Source: a virus (Duplodnaviria > Caudoviricetes). Taken from it: a stretch of DNA of 24,420 nt. Location: positions 1-24,420 of the IMG/VR virus record IMGVR_UViG_3300035187_002392; one strand, 5' to 3'. The translations under genes and the position numbers were made by a program. Position 1 is the stretch's first letter. Each line of letters begins with the position of its first letter. Of this stretch, positions 16,303-24,420 are shown piece by piece. Under the pieces are notes generated by a model. That model did not search any database. It was given only the letters and a program-made list of their open reading frames with translations, and was not told where the DNA came from.

Positions 16303-19300
16303 TGGTTGGCAAGCAACTCAAGCGGTATGTAATAGGGCCACTATCAGGTGGGCTAAACACCAATGCCGAGGAAGGGTCGCTTGTAAGCTACCAAAATAGC
16401 CAAGGTGTGCCAGTTGAGCTAAGAGAGCATCATAACTGGGTGCCAAAACGCAGAGGAGGCTTATCGCTCCCTTATGGTTTTAGGCAGACAGTAGCCTTGC
16501 CTGCTAAGGTGACAGGGTTGCATGAGTTTACGAGAAGTAACGGCGTGACCGTATTGCTGGCCACGGCTGGCACTAAACTGTATAGCATTACAGAAACGCT
16601 TTTTACAGAGCTGGCTAGTGGGCTAGAATCAAATGCGCCTGTACAGATAGCCACGGCCTACGACAAGGCGGTTTTATGTGATGGTGTGAACAAGTTGTGG
16701 CAGTGGGATGGAACGGCCTTAACGGCCATTGCAGATAGCACTACTGGCGTAAAGGCTAGCTTGTTTGCACAAAACAGGCTTTGGTATTTTAGGGCTGATG
16801 CTGAAACAAGTTTGCTTTATTACAGTGACCCGCTAGACATAACAACAGGCTACGATAGCAACTTTGTCTCTTGCTCCCCAAGCGATGGTGAGGCCATTAC
16901 GGCAATAGCCCAATACTTTGTGCCAGCCACGCTTGAGCCTGTGATTGTGGTTGCTAAAGAGCGTAGTGTCGGCATTGTAACAGGGAATGGTAGCGATGCT
17001 AACCCTTACACTTACATGAAGGTAAACACTGAGGTAGGAGTGGCTGGGGCAAGGCAAATAGTGCAGTTTGGCCAAGATATTGCCTACTTGACTCCTAAGG
17101 GGGTAAGCAGTTACAAAACTGATACAATGAGTGGCAACTTAACGCATTTTTACTTGAGCGAGAAAATAAGAGACCAGTTTTTAGATTTAGATGCTTTAGG
17201 GTTACAAAACGCTATAGCATGGCATGATTGGCAACAGAGTAGGCTTTGCTTTGCTGTCCCTTTGTTTGGGCAAACAGAGCCTAGCTATCTTTATTGCTAT
17301 GATACAGAGCTAAAGGCTTGGTACACAGAGCAATGGGGAACGCAAAAGATAACGGCTTTAACCGTGTTGCAGGATGGTACGGTGTACCACGGCAATGAAG
17401 ATGGGGCGGTGTATCTACACCAGCAGGGCTTAGCCTTTGGCAATGAAGAAATTGAGCCAGTGTTACGTACTGATTTTATGGATTTTGGCAATAGCTTCAA
17501 CAAAAAACGCCTTGTTGAGTTGCGAGTTAAGTTTAGAACACAAAGTAAGCTACCCTATGCTTTGCAGTTGCATTACAACAACGGGTTGATTGAAGGCCAG
17601 CAGTACAAGCTAGATGCCGTTAATACCTTGCCTGTATGGGGTGAGGGCGTATGGACAGATGACCCTGACATTAACGTGTGGGCAAGTGCTGGGCTTCAAG
17701 AGACTAAGCTCTATCCTTCATCATGGTTTGATAACGTGCGCTTTTCGCTGGTTAAGGTCGCCGATGAGCAGGTGCTGTTTGACGATGCCGAAGGGAGCTT
17801 TGATGATTATGCAGGCTTGTTTGACGCTGGTAGTGGTGTGTCAACGGCCATTAGGCCAAACAGCCCTTTTGCCTTGCTTAGTGGCTACAGAGACAGCATT
17901 GCCCAAGCGATTACGGATTGCATAGGATTTTTTAACCGCAATAGGGGCAATGTAAAGCCCAATGCCATTAACAATGACGGTTTGCCATACCACGTTTATG
18001 AGAACGCTAGCCAATGGCTGATTAGCCCAACGGCTACGACAAGCGAGGGGTTGAGTATTTTTGTAAGGGCTTTAGTATGGGCTGGCGAAGTGGTAGAGGC
18101 TGAACGTGTTTTGGCCTTAATTGAAGAAAAAACCTTTTTTAACAACATTGATATGCCCCACTGGTTAGTTGACTTGGTGGGCGGGACAAAGACTCACGCC
18201 GTGCGTATGGGCAACTATGATGGAGCGTCTTACACGGCTACGGCTGGGGTGTTTACTATCCCCGCTGGCTTTCCTCATTATGGTGAGACGTTGATACAAC
18301 CCACTGGCAACTTAGGGGGTGCGCCTGTTTTAGGCATCCAGCTAGTTTGCGACGGCTCGTGTGAGTTTCTCTATAAGGGCTATGACCTACAGCCGATTAC
18401 TGGCACTGGTGACACTTACACCATAGACAACTACGTGACTACGGCCAGTGGCACGGTGGTTACGCTAGATGACCTAAGTGTAAACGGCACTGTGCAGGTG
18501 TACTACTCGTACTTTGATGGTGCAACTTTGCCACAATACGGGCTTTACATGAGCTACCCCGCTTTGTTGAGAAGTTATGACCCTGATATTGACTTGGTAG
18601 AGAATCGCATTGCTGCCGATGCTGCCTTGTGGATAGCTGATGCCTACTGGGATGTGTTTCAAGCCACTGGTAAGGTTGAGTACAAAACCAAGTTTGACGC
18701 TTTGATGCAAAAGTTGATTGATGACCAAACACTAAACGGTGGGTATGTTACGCCTTTCAATAGCGCACAACGTGGCCTACACTTTTCTGCTATAGCCCTA
18801 TATGACGAGGCAGGGACACGCAATGCAGAGTTAGACTTGTTTAACAGTTCTGAAACAAACTTTAGTTTTGGTGCAGCGAGTGGAGCAGTCAACTGGACAC
18901 AAGGCAAGCCCTTCTTTTGGGAGACAGCTTACCCAATGGAGATACGCCTTAAAGGTGATGGTAGTGGTGCTTTGCGATGGATACTGTTTGATGACGATAC
19001 TAGCGTTCGCTACCGCTACCCTTGGTTGGATAGCAACACTACTGACAGGGTTATTAGCTTTACGAAGGCGGCTTGTGTGTCGTGGAAGAACCAATACTTT
19101 GACCCAAGCCGAAAGCCGTTTTTAACGCTGTACACGGCTAAAGATGGCTCATCCACCTTGACGCTTACTAACGTAGTGACTAACTTTAACCCTACCTTTA
19201 CAGACCATCAATCTGTCCCCTTCCCTGTGTGGAGCAAACTCACGTATACCCATAGCGGGGGCGGAGGCTATGTTATAGCAGGTATCAGTAAGCCCTCTGA

Positions 19301-20477
19301 TACTGGCTCTGATGGCTCGGGAAGCGTCTTTATTACAGTAGCGGGGAGTATCGCTCAATCGGTAGTGGTAAGGCTTACTGACGACGATGCAGTAGAGCAT
19401 AGCTACACTTTGGCAGTAACAACGACACCTACTAGCCATAGTATCCCTTGGGCTAGTTTTGATGGTGGGGCTATTGCTCATCCAGTGGACAAGGTAGAGC
19501 TGTTGATGCCTTCGGGTGTAACTGCTGACTTGTACATTGGCGGATTTTGCTTAGGCAATCGTGAAGTGTTGGCCAGCAATGATATTGACCTGATAGGGTT
19601 TGAGACACGGCAAAGCGGAGCAGGTAACTTTAGCATCATTTATGCTAGGACACGGCGCACACAGTACGATGCCTACGATGGTGCAGGGGTTGCCTTGTTC
19701 AGCCTTGAGTATAACATCTTAGGCCTAACAGGCTGGCGGGGCCCTAGTTATGCTGGTTATCAAGTGCCTAACCCTTGGGTGTACTACAACCTAGCTGATG
19801 CCGTGGAGTGCCTTGTGTTTTTGAGAGACGCTCAACTTGAGTACAAAAAACGCTACGGCTTTATCGGTCCATTTATGCCAGTGTTCTATCGCAACCTTGA
19901 AGAAAACGCACAATACGGCACAATCGGCACCTTTGGCTGGGATGGACCCGATCCGAATACCAACTGGGCTGGTTGGCAGTTTAGGGCTATTAGCACGGTA
20001 GGCGAGACGTATTACTCAATCTTTAAGACCACTGGCCAGCGGGATGAAGAGGCTAAGTTTATCCTTAACAACTTCATTACTTGGGTAAGTAGCTATCTTG
20101 AAGATAACGAGGCTTTGCCTAGTGACTTTAGGACAGACGGCACGGTAGAGACGAATTATGCAAGCCCTGACTTTTGGTGTTTGCTAGGCCGTGCCTGTTT
20201 AAACAAGCTGAAAGTGGATGACACAGACAATGCAACTTATTTGCTTTTAGAGCGGTGTTTAATGGAGCTGTTAGAGATACAGATAACCACAGGCGATAGG
20301 GCTGGGGCGTTCTCTTATCAGCCAGGCCAATTAGTTTATGTGTTCCACCAGTCGGAAGTGTTAGTGACCCTTGGGCAGTTGTTGCGAGAGCTAGACGCTT
20401 TAATCACTAACGCCACGGCTGCTACAGTAGAAGTCTTTGATATTGAAGCCCTAGTACAACAAGGAGGCGTTTTGTAA
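16302..20477 (+). CDS. Tail nozzle (tail tubular protein B / P22 gp10-like) with a large inserted glycosidase-like region
   Basis: aa 1-485 show nozzle propeller motifs (SGGLNT, LYYSDPLD, DGEAITAI, GVAGARQIVQFGQDIAYLTPKGV, LSEKIRDQF, TDFMDFGNSFNKKR). aa ~490-1375 contain TTSEG, MPHW and AADA GH8-like motifs plus beta-sandwich-like segments. Confidence 0.8.
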   Translation: MVGKQLKRYVIGPLSGGLNTNAEEGSLVSYQNSQGVPVELREHHNWVPKRRGGLSLPYGFRQTVALPAKVTGLHEFTRSNGVTVLLATAGTKLYSITETLFTELASGLESNAPVQIATAYDKAVLCDGVNKLWQWDGTALTAIADSTTGVKASLFAQNRLWYFRADAETSLLYYSDPLDITTGYDSNFVSCSPSDGEAITAIAQYFVPATLEPVIVVAKERSVGIVTGNGSDANPYTYMKVNTEVGVAGARQIVQFGQDIAYLTPKGVSSYKTDTMSGNLTHFYLSEKIRDQFLDLDALGLQNAIAWHDWQQSRLCFAVPLFGQTEPSYLYCYDTELKAWYTEQWGTQKITALTVLQDGTVYHGNEDGAVYLHQQGLAFGNEEIEPVLRTDFMDFGNSFNKKRLVELRVKFRTQSKLPYALQLHYNNGLIEGQQYKLDAVNTLPVWGEGVWTDDPDINVWASAGLQETKLYPSSWFDNVRFSLVKVADEQVLFDDAEGSFDDYAGLFDAGSGVSTAIRPNSPFALLSGYRDSIAQAITDCIGFFNRNRGNVKPNAINNDGLPYHVYENASQWLISPTATTSEGLSIFVRALVWAGEVVEAERVLALIEEKTFFNNIDMPHWLVDLVGGTKTHAVRMGNYDGASYTATAGVFTIPAGFPHYGETLIQPTGNLGGAPVLGIQLVCDGSCEFLYKGYDLQPITGTGDTYTIDNYVTTASGTVVTLDDLSVNGTVQVYYSYFDGATLPQYGLYMSYPALLRSYDPDIDLVENRIAADAALWIADAYWDVFQATGKVEYKTKFDALMQKLIDDQTLNGGYVTPFNSAQRGLHFSAIALYDEAGTRNAELDLFNSSETNFSFGAASGAVNWTQGKPFFWETAYPMEIRLKGDGSGALRWILFDDDTSVRYRYPWLDSNTTDRVISFTKAACVSWKNQYFDPSRKPFLTLYTAKDGSSTLTLTNVVTNFNPTFTDHQSVPFPVWSKLTYTHSGGGGYVIAGISKPSDTGSDGSGSVFITVAGSIAQSVVVRLTDDDAVEHSYTLAVTTTPTSHSIPWASFDGGAIAHPVDKVELLMPSGVTADLYIGGFCLGNREVLASNDIDLIGFETRQSGAGNFSIIYARTRRTQYDAYDGAGVALFSLEYNILGLTGWRGPSYAGYQVPNPWVYYNLADAVECLVFLRDAQLEYKKRYGFIGPFMPVFYRNLEENAQYGTIGTFGWDGPDPNTNWAGWQFRAISTVGETYYSIFKTTGQRDEEAKFILNNFITWVSSYLEDNEALPSDFRTDGTVETNYASPDFWCLLGRACLNKLKVDDTDNATYLLLERCLMELLEIQITTGDRAGAFSYQPGQLVYVFHQSEVLVTLGQLLRELDALITNATAATVEVFDIEALVQQGGVL

Positions 20478-21535
20478 TGCCAGTATCCGTTTCAACCCCT
20501 GATACAAGCAAAATCGTAAACGGTAAAGCTAACAACGCTACTCCTGTTGTGGCAGCCCTTAACGTGCTTGCTGGCAATAGTAATGCCCTAAAGGCGGTTG
20601 TGGATGCCTTGCTGTTAGGGCGGGTAAATGAAAGCGCAACACTAACCCTTAACTACGCATTGACAGGCTCGCCTACGGTAGATGGTGGCATTGCCGTAAA
20701 CCGTGGCTCATTGCCTGATGTGTGGCTAAAATACAATGAGTCACTAGACCGCTGGCAATTTAGCAACAACGGTACAGATTTTTACTCATTCTTAACCCCT
20801 ATTGAGCAGGCACAAGCGCAAAACCTTAACGTGTACCCTATGGGGTCAGCTCCACAGTTTTTAACCACTACCACGATAAGAGTATTCCCCTTTACTCGTA
20901 TGCTGGATTCAACAGGCACGACAGTAATTGAAGTGCCAAGCAACCGCACCATTAGCACAGGCTCTTTAGGGGCATTGGGGTTAGACAGTGGCACGGTAGC
21001 TAGCAACACTTGGTACTGGCCTTACCTGATACAAGGGGATAGTGGCGTATCGGCTTTACTGTCAACTAACGCCACAACCCCTACGTTACCCAGTGGCTAC
21101 ACTAAGTTTGCACGTCTTCCTTGCCCTGTGCGTACTATGCCAAGTAGTACGGCGTTAATGCCCTTTGTGTATCAAGGGTTTGGGACAAACACGCTCACTT
21201 GCCTGTACAATGCTCCCGAATATCGTATAACAAGCTCAACCTCAACAGGGGCTAACATCTGCCTTGATAACGGTGCAGCCACAAGTAACACGGATGTAGC
21301 CTTGACGCTTGTACCAGTAGGAGCTACCCAAGCCTTAATCGCATGGTCGGCAAGGTCGGCAAACAGTGTGGTTAAGCCTAAGTTGTTATCACAGGAGCAG
21401 GTGCTTACCGCTGCTGCTTCAACCGATATTCAAACAAGTGCTTGGGTGTTGCTAGATACGGCTAGGACGTATCAGTATAAAGTTACGGCTAACAATACCC
21501 ACCACGCCTGTTTAGGGTTTATACTACAGGTATAA
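20477..21535 (+). CDS. Tail fibre protein (352 aa)
   Basis: TLNY..TGSPTVDGGIAVNRG...WLKYNESLDRWQFSNNG and GALGLDSGTVASNTWY...TPTLPSGYTK are recurrent phage fibre motifs. Follows the nozzle gene. Confidence 0.75.
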   Translation: MPVSVSTPDTSKIVNGKANNATPVVAALNVLAGNSNALKAVVDALLLGRVNESATLTLNYALTGSPTVDGGIAVNRGSLPDVWLKYNESLDRWQFSNNGTDFYSFLTPIEQAQAQNLNVYPMGSAPQFLTTTTIRVFPFTRMLDSTGTTVIEVPSNRTISTGSLGALGLDSGTVASNTWYWPYLIQGDSGVSALLSTNATTPTLPSGYTKFARLPCPVRTMPSSTALMPFVYQGFGTNTLTCLYNAPEYRITSSTSTGANICLDNGAATSNTDVALTLVPVGATQALIAWSARSANSVVKPKLLSQEQVLTAAASTDIQTSAWVLLDTARTYQYKVTANNTHHACLGFILQV

Positions 21536-21554
21536 GACGCTTGAGGATTAAGCA

Positions 21555-23417
21555 ATGGCACAACACGATTACGTTATAGACAACCAGCTTTTCCCTCAAA
21601 CAAGGGCGGATATTAACGCTGCTTTGCAGGCAATACTTACACAAAATAGTGGACCGAGTGCGCCCTCTGTCTTTAACGCTGGAACTTTTTGGTACGACAC
21701 CGTAAACCAAGTGCTGAAACGGCGCAATGACAGCAATACAGCATGGGTAGGTGTTGCCTCTGTTGACTTAACCCCTGAACAGATTGCCAGCATTATAGAC
21801 CAGCTAGGCGATTTGGCAACGCAAGACTCTGTTGGCGTGGGGGATATAGACCCTGCTGTCGTGGGGACAGCGGAACTTAGCGACGGTGCGGCTACCTTAG
21901 CAAAGCTGGCTACTAATAGTGTTGATAACACTAAGGTAGTAACAAACACGCTGGCTTTAGACAAACTTGTTCAGGCTAGTGCTAACGTGCTGTTAGGTAG
22001 GCGTACCACAAGCGGTAATGTGGTTGAAGTGCCTTACACAGAGGCAGGTTATGCGGTAATGAACGCTCTTACTACCTCCGTGGCTAGGGGTAGCTTGGCT
22101 ATCCCTTGGGCAAATACTCGTGAGCAAATAAGAGTGCCTACTTTGGTGATTGATGCCGTTGAAGGTACTTTTATCAAGCGTAACCGTGCGAGTACGGTAC
22201 GCCAAGGGGATGTTACAAGTTCCAGCTTTAGTACGTTTACCAGAGCCACTACCTCTCTGTATCACGACGCAAGTGGGGTAATTCGCTCAGCTTCCAGTGG
22301 CGTGCCTACGTTTAACTTCCCTCGGCTTACTGCCCAAGGGGGGCTTGGTTTGTTTAGGGCAGCCACTAACTTATTGCTGTGGAGCCAAGACCTTGCCAAT
22401 GCTTGGTGGACAAAAGGTGCTGGGCTTACAGTCCCTACTGTAACCAAGGCGGGTGCGCCTGACTTAACGGCAACCAGCAACACGCTACAATGTTCTGCTG
22501 GTACAGACGCTAAGACAGTCACGACAACCAGCATGACCAGCCTTACGAGTACGGACCACTACGGCCTAAGTTTCTTTTTGCGTAAAGTAAACTATGACTT
22601 TTTAAGGTGCAGAATAATCAACTCCTCAGCCACAGTGATAAGCACTTTTGACATAAACCTAGCCAGTGGCGTTCCAGTTATCAGTGGCACTAATGCTGCG
22701 GATGTATTGGTATTTCCTTTCACTGGCTCTCATAATCATCATAGGCTTGAGGTGTACACTTCCGTTACTATTGGCGCAACAGGGGCAACCGTTGAGTTTG
22801 GCTTCATAGACGCAAGCGGTAATACAACGTGGACGGCAGCGGGGACAGAGCAAGTAGATGTTTGGGGCTTTCAGTTTGAGAGATGGAGACCCACGCCTTA
22901 TATTGGCGCAACAACTGGCTCCACAGTAACACGCAACGCTGATGTGCTTACTTTCCCTGTATCAGAGGAGTGGTATGGCTCACCTACTGGCGTGACGATG
23001 TACTTTGAGACTGTGTTTGACCACACTCAAGGAGCAACCGCTGCCGAGTATCGTCGGTATTTGGCAACGCTATTTACTGGTTCATCGGACTTGTTGGACA
23101 TATTTGTTTCGGGAAATAACTTATCGGTAAGTGGTGAAAACGCCAATGACGGGGCAAGCCTTAGCCAAATCGGGACTTTAGTTGTGCCGACAAGTACACC
23201 TGTTAGGATTGCACTAACTTATAATAATGGCGTAATTATTGCAGCGATGAATGGGCAGTCTGGAACTTGGACACGCACAATAACGCCTTCGGCCATGACC
23301 ACTTTGGTTGTTGGGGCAAACCTCTCATCTGCAAGGAATCTTAACCAACGTCTTAGTCGTTTTTGGTTTGCACCGTTTGCTGTTTCACAAGCTGAACTGG
23401 AGGCTATTACACGATGA
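21555..23417 (+). CDS. Tail fibre/spike with carbohydrate-binding and LamG-like C-terminal domains (620 aa)
   Basis: MAQHDYVIDNQ...RADINAALQAI.TQNSG..AP anchor. VGTAELSDGAATLAKLA repeats. TFTRATT...SGVI, ATNLLLWSQDL, WGFQFE..PTPYI..TVTRNADVL motifs and a ConA-like C-terminus. Confidence 0.8.
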   Translation: MAQHDYVIDNQLFPQTRADINAALQAILTQNSGPSAPSVFNAGTFWYDTVNQVLKRRNDSNTAWVGVASVDLTPEQIASIIDQLGDLATQDSVGVGDIDPAVVGTAELSDGAATLAKLATNSVDNTKVVTNTLALDKLVQASANVLLGRRTTSGNVVEVPYTEAGYAVMNALTTSVARGSLAIPWANTREQIRVPTLVIDAVEGTFIKRNRASTVRQGDVTSSSFSTFTRATTSLYHDASGVIRSASSGVPTFNFPRLTAQGGLGLFRAATNLLLWSQDLANAWWTKGAGLTVPTVTKAGAPDLTATSNTLQCSAGTDAKTVTTTSMTSLTSTDHYGLSFFLRKVNYDFLRCRIINSSATVISTFDINLASGVPVISGTNAADVLVFPFTGSHNHHRLEVYTSVTIGATGATVEFGFIDASGNTTWTAAGTEQVDVWGFQFERWRPTPYIGATTGSTVTRNADVLTFPVSEEWYGSPTGVTMYFETVFDHTQGATAAEYRRYLATLFTGSSDLLDIFVSGNNLSVSGENANDGASLSQIGTLVVPTSTPVRIALTYNNGVIIAAMNGQSGTWTRTITPSAMTTLVVGANLSSARNLNQRLSRFWFAPFAVSQAELEAITR

Positions 23418-23647
23418 ATCTAAGTTATCACGTAGTGGGCAAGCAGGGCGAGCAAGTGCTTGTCAATGCCTTAGGCGATTTGCCAGCCGAGGCACAACCC
23501 TACGTTATTGCAACGCCTGCAACGCCTAGTGCCTTGTTTGCTGGCGTTGCCCCCGATGACACTCACTTCTTGCGTTTCCCCGATTCTGCCACAGCTATTA
23601 CAATAGCGGAAGCTGTCGGCGTGGTGTTGCCAAATTATGATGAGTAA
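23414..23647 (+). CDS. Small fibre-associated protein/chaperone (77 aa)
   Basis: ATGA overlap with the fibre gene. PYVI.TPATPSALFAG motif is typical of small genes following such fibres. Confidence 0.6.
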   Translation: MNLSYHVVGKQGEQVLVNALGDLPAEAQPYVIATPATPSALFAGVAPDDTHFLRFPDSATAITIAEAVGVVLPNYDE

Positions 23648-23653
23648 CCACCC

Positions 23654-23740
23654 ATGACAGACTCCCTCCCCGCTATAATTGACGCAGTACAGAGGCTCCT
23701 AGAATCGCCCACAACAGCAGGTAAAGAGGCATCGGTATGA
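23654..23740 (+). CDS. Possible 28-aa peptide (MTDSLPAIIDAVQRLLESPTTAGKEASV)
   Basis: Fills the intergenic gap almost exactly and its TGA overlaps the next ATG (ATGA). RBS is weak. Confidence 0.3.
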   Translation: MTDSLPAIIDAVQRLLESPTTAGKEASV

Positions 23741-24030
23741 CAGTAGAGCAACTACTTTTAGACATCGCTAAAATTGTAAGCCCTTGGCTTGGTATTGGCG
23801 GGGGTATTGGTAGTGCAGTATGGAAGTTGTCGCCTTATATTAAGCAAGTCATTGAGCTTTACGCTAAGTACACTATTGCAAGCGAGAAGCAGGCTGAGGC
23901 ATTAAAAGAGATAGCCTTAGGTGTTAAAACGGCCGTTAATGACATCCACCTTGTTAAGACAGAACTACCCAAGGTATGTGGCTACAATGGCAACGAGCGC
24001 AGAGCGGTAGGTAGTAGCGGACGGCAGTAA
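23737..24030 (+). CDS. Putative holin-like single-pass membrane protein
   Basis: N-terminal hydrophobic IVSPWLGIGGGIGSAVW followed by a coiled coil. RBS AAGAGG. Located after the tail fibres. Confidence 0.5.
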   Translation: MTVEQLLLDIAKIVSPWLGIGGGIGSAVWKLSPYIKQVIELYAKYTIASEKQAEALKEIALGVKTAVNDIHLVKTELPKVCGYNGNERRAVGSSGRQ

Positions 24031-24035
24031 AGCAG

Positions 24036-24044
24036 TGGTATAAT
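24036..24044 (+). promoter_or_regulatory. Extended -10 promoter (TGgTATAAT)
   Basis: Perfect TGn-TATAAT in the intergenic gap before 24081. Confidence 0.55.
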
Positions 24045-24080
24045 AGCCATAGAGTTACCCCGCAGAGAGGACACAACTAG

Positions 24081-24344
24081 ATGATACCTATTGTTTTTAA
24101 GACACTTGAGTTTCTATTTAAGAGCGGCACGGTGGCCAACCTAGCCCTAGTGGCGTGGACGATATACCGCCATGTTGGGGGCAAGACAGGCTGGCAAGTG
24201 GTTTATGACCTTGGCACATCATCGCTGTTGATGCAACTTAAGACTTACCTACCCAAGCGGATGACCGAGAGCGATTTATGGGCAAAGGTAACGGCATCGC
24301 TCCCCTACGTCATTGGGGCTATTAAAGCGTGGCGTGAGGCCTAG
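24081..24344 (+). CDS. Small hydrophobic protein, possibly lysis-related (87 aa)
   Basis: RBS GAGAGGA and amphipathic/hydrophobic helices. Confidence 0.6.
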   Translation: MIPIVFKTLEFLFKSGTVANLALVAWTIYRHVGGKTGWQVVYDLGTSSLLMQLKTYLPKRMTESDLWAKVTASLPYVIGAIKAWREA

Positions 24345-24346
24345 CC

Positions 24347-24420
24347 ATGCAAGGGGCTTACGCATTGCCAGCGATTGACACCCGCTTTGGTACACTTTTT
24401 GGCCGTATTGATGGTAGGCC
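24347..24420 (+). CDS. 5' part of next ORF (MQGAYALPAIDTRFGTLFGRIDGR...), truncated
   Basis: ATG 2 nt after the upstream TAG with GAGG upstream. Open to the window end. Confidence 0.5.
   Translation, partial: MQGAYALPAIDTRFGTLFGRIDGR

Noticed and set aside
17757-20426. Intein as the explanation for the nozzle insert
   Set aside because: No C/S-start block with a terminal HN-C/S/T junction and no LAGLIDADG motifs. Content looks like glycosidase and CBM domains.
20477-23417. Diversity-generating retroelement or invertible fibre cassette
   Set aside because: No reverse transcriptase or invertase, and no template/variable repeat pair or inverted fibre segments were seen in the window.
720-23529. 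Numerous antisense and alternate-frame ORFs (60-165 aa), e.g. 11843..12340, 13837..14316, 10040..10498
   Set aside because: They overlap well-supported genes, carry no recognisable motifs, and look like shadows of codon bias.
23674-23679. TATAAT as a promoter before the holin-like gene
   Set aside because: No -35 box or TGn extension, and it lies within the possible micro-ORF.
1049-24344. Stop-codon reassignment (many genes end in TAG)
   Set aside because: Genes are full-length and densely packed under the standard code, and TAG stops coincide with expected protein ends.

Overview
The window is the virion morphogenesis region of a tailed dsDNA phage with podovirus-type architecture. Host and genus cannot be determined from the sequence alone. 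Two small leftward genes that share a duplicated leader are transcribed away from a long, tightly coupled rightward operon. That operon encodes TerS, TerL, a RimJ/RimL-type GNAT, four putative ejection (internal virion) proteins, portal, two small proteins, scaffold, an N4-gp56-type major capsid protein, two paralogous small proteins, adaptor, nozzle, two tail fibres with a small partner, and probable lysis membrane proteins. Four observations stand out. (1) The nozzle appears to carry an ~890-aa internal insert resembling an interrupted GH8-like glycosidase. (2) The ~2,500 aa of ejection proteins contain only two cysteines, which sit on either side of one gene junction. (3) The GNAT plus ejection module lies between TerL and portal. 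(4) A ~33-bp leader/RBS cassette is repeated in front of consecutive early-type genes. All product calls come from motif recognition by eye; no database search was run.
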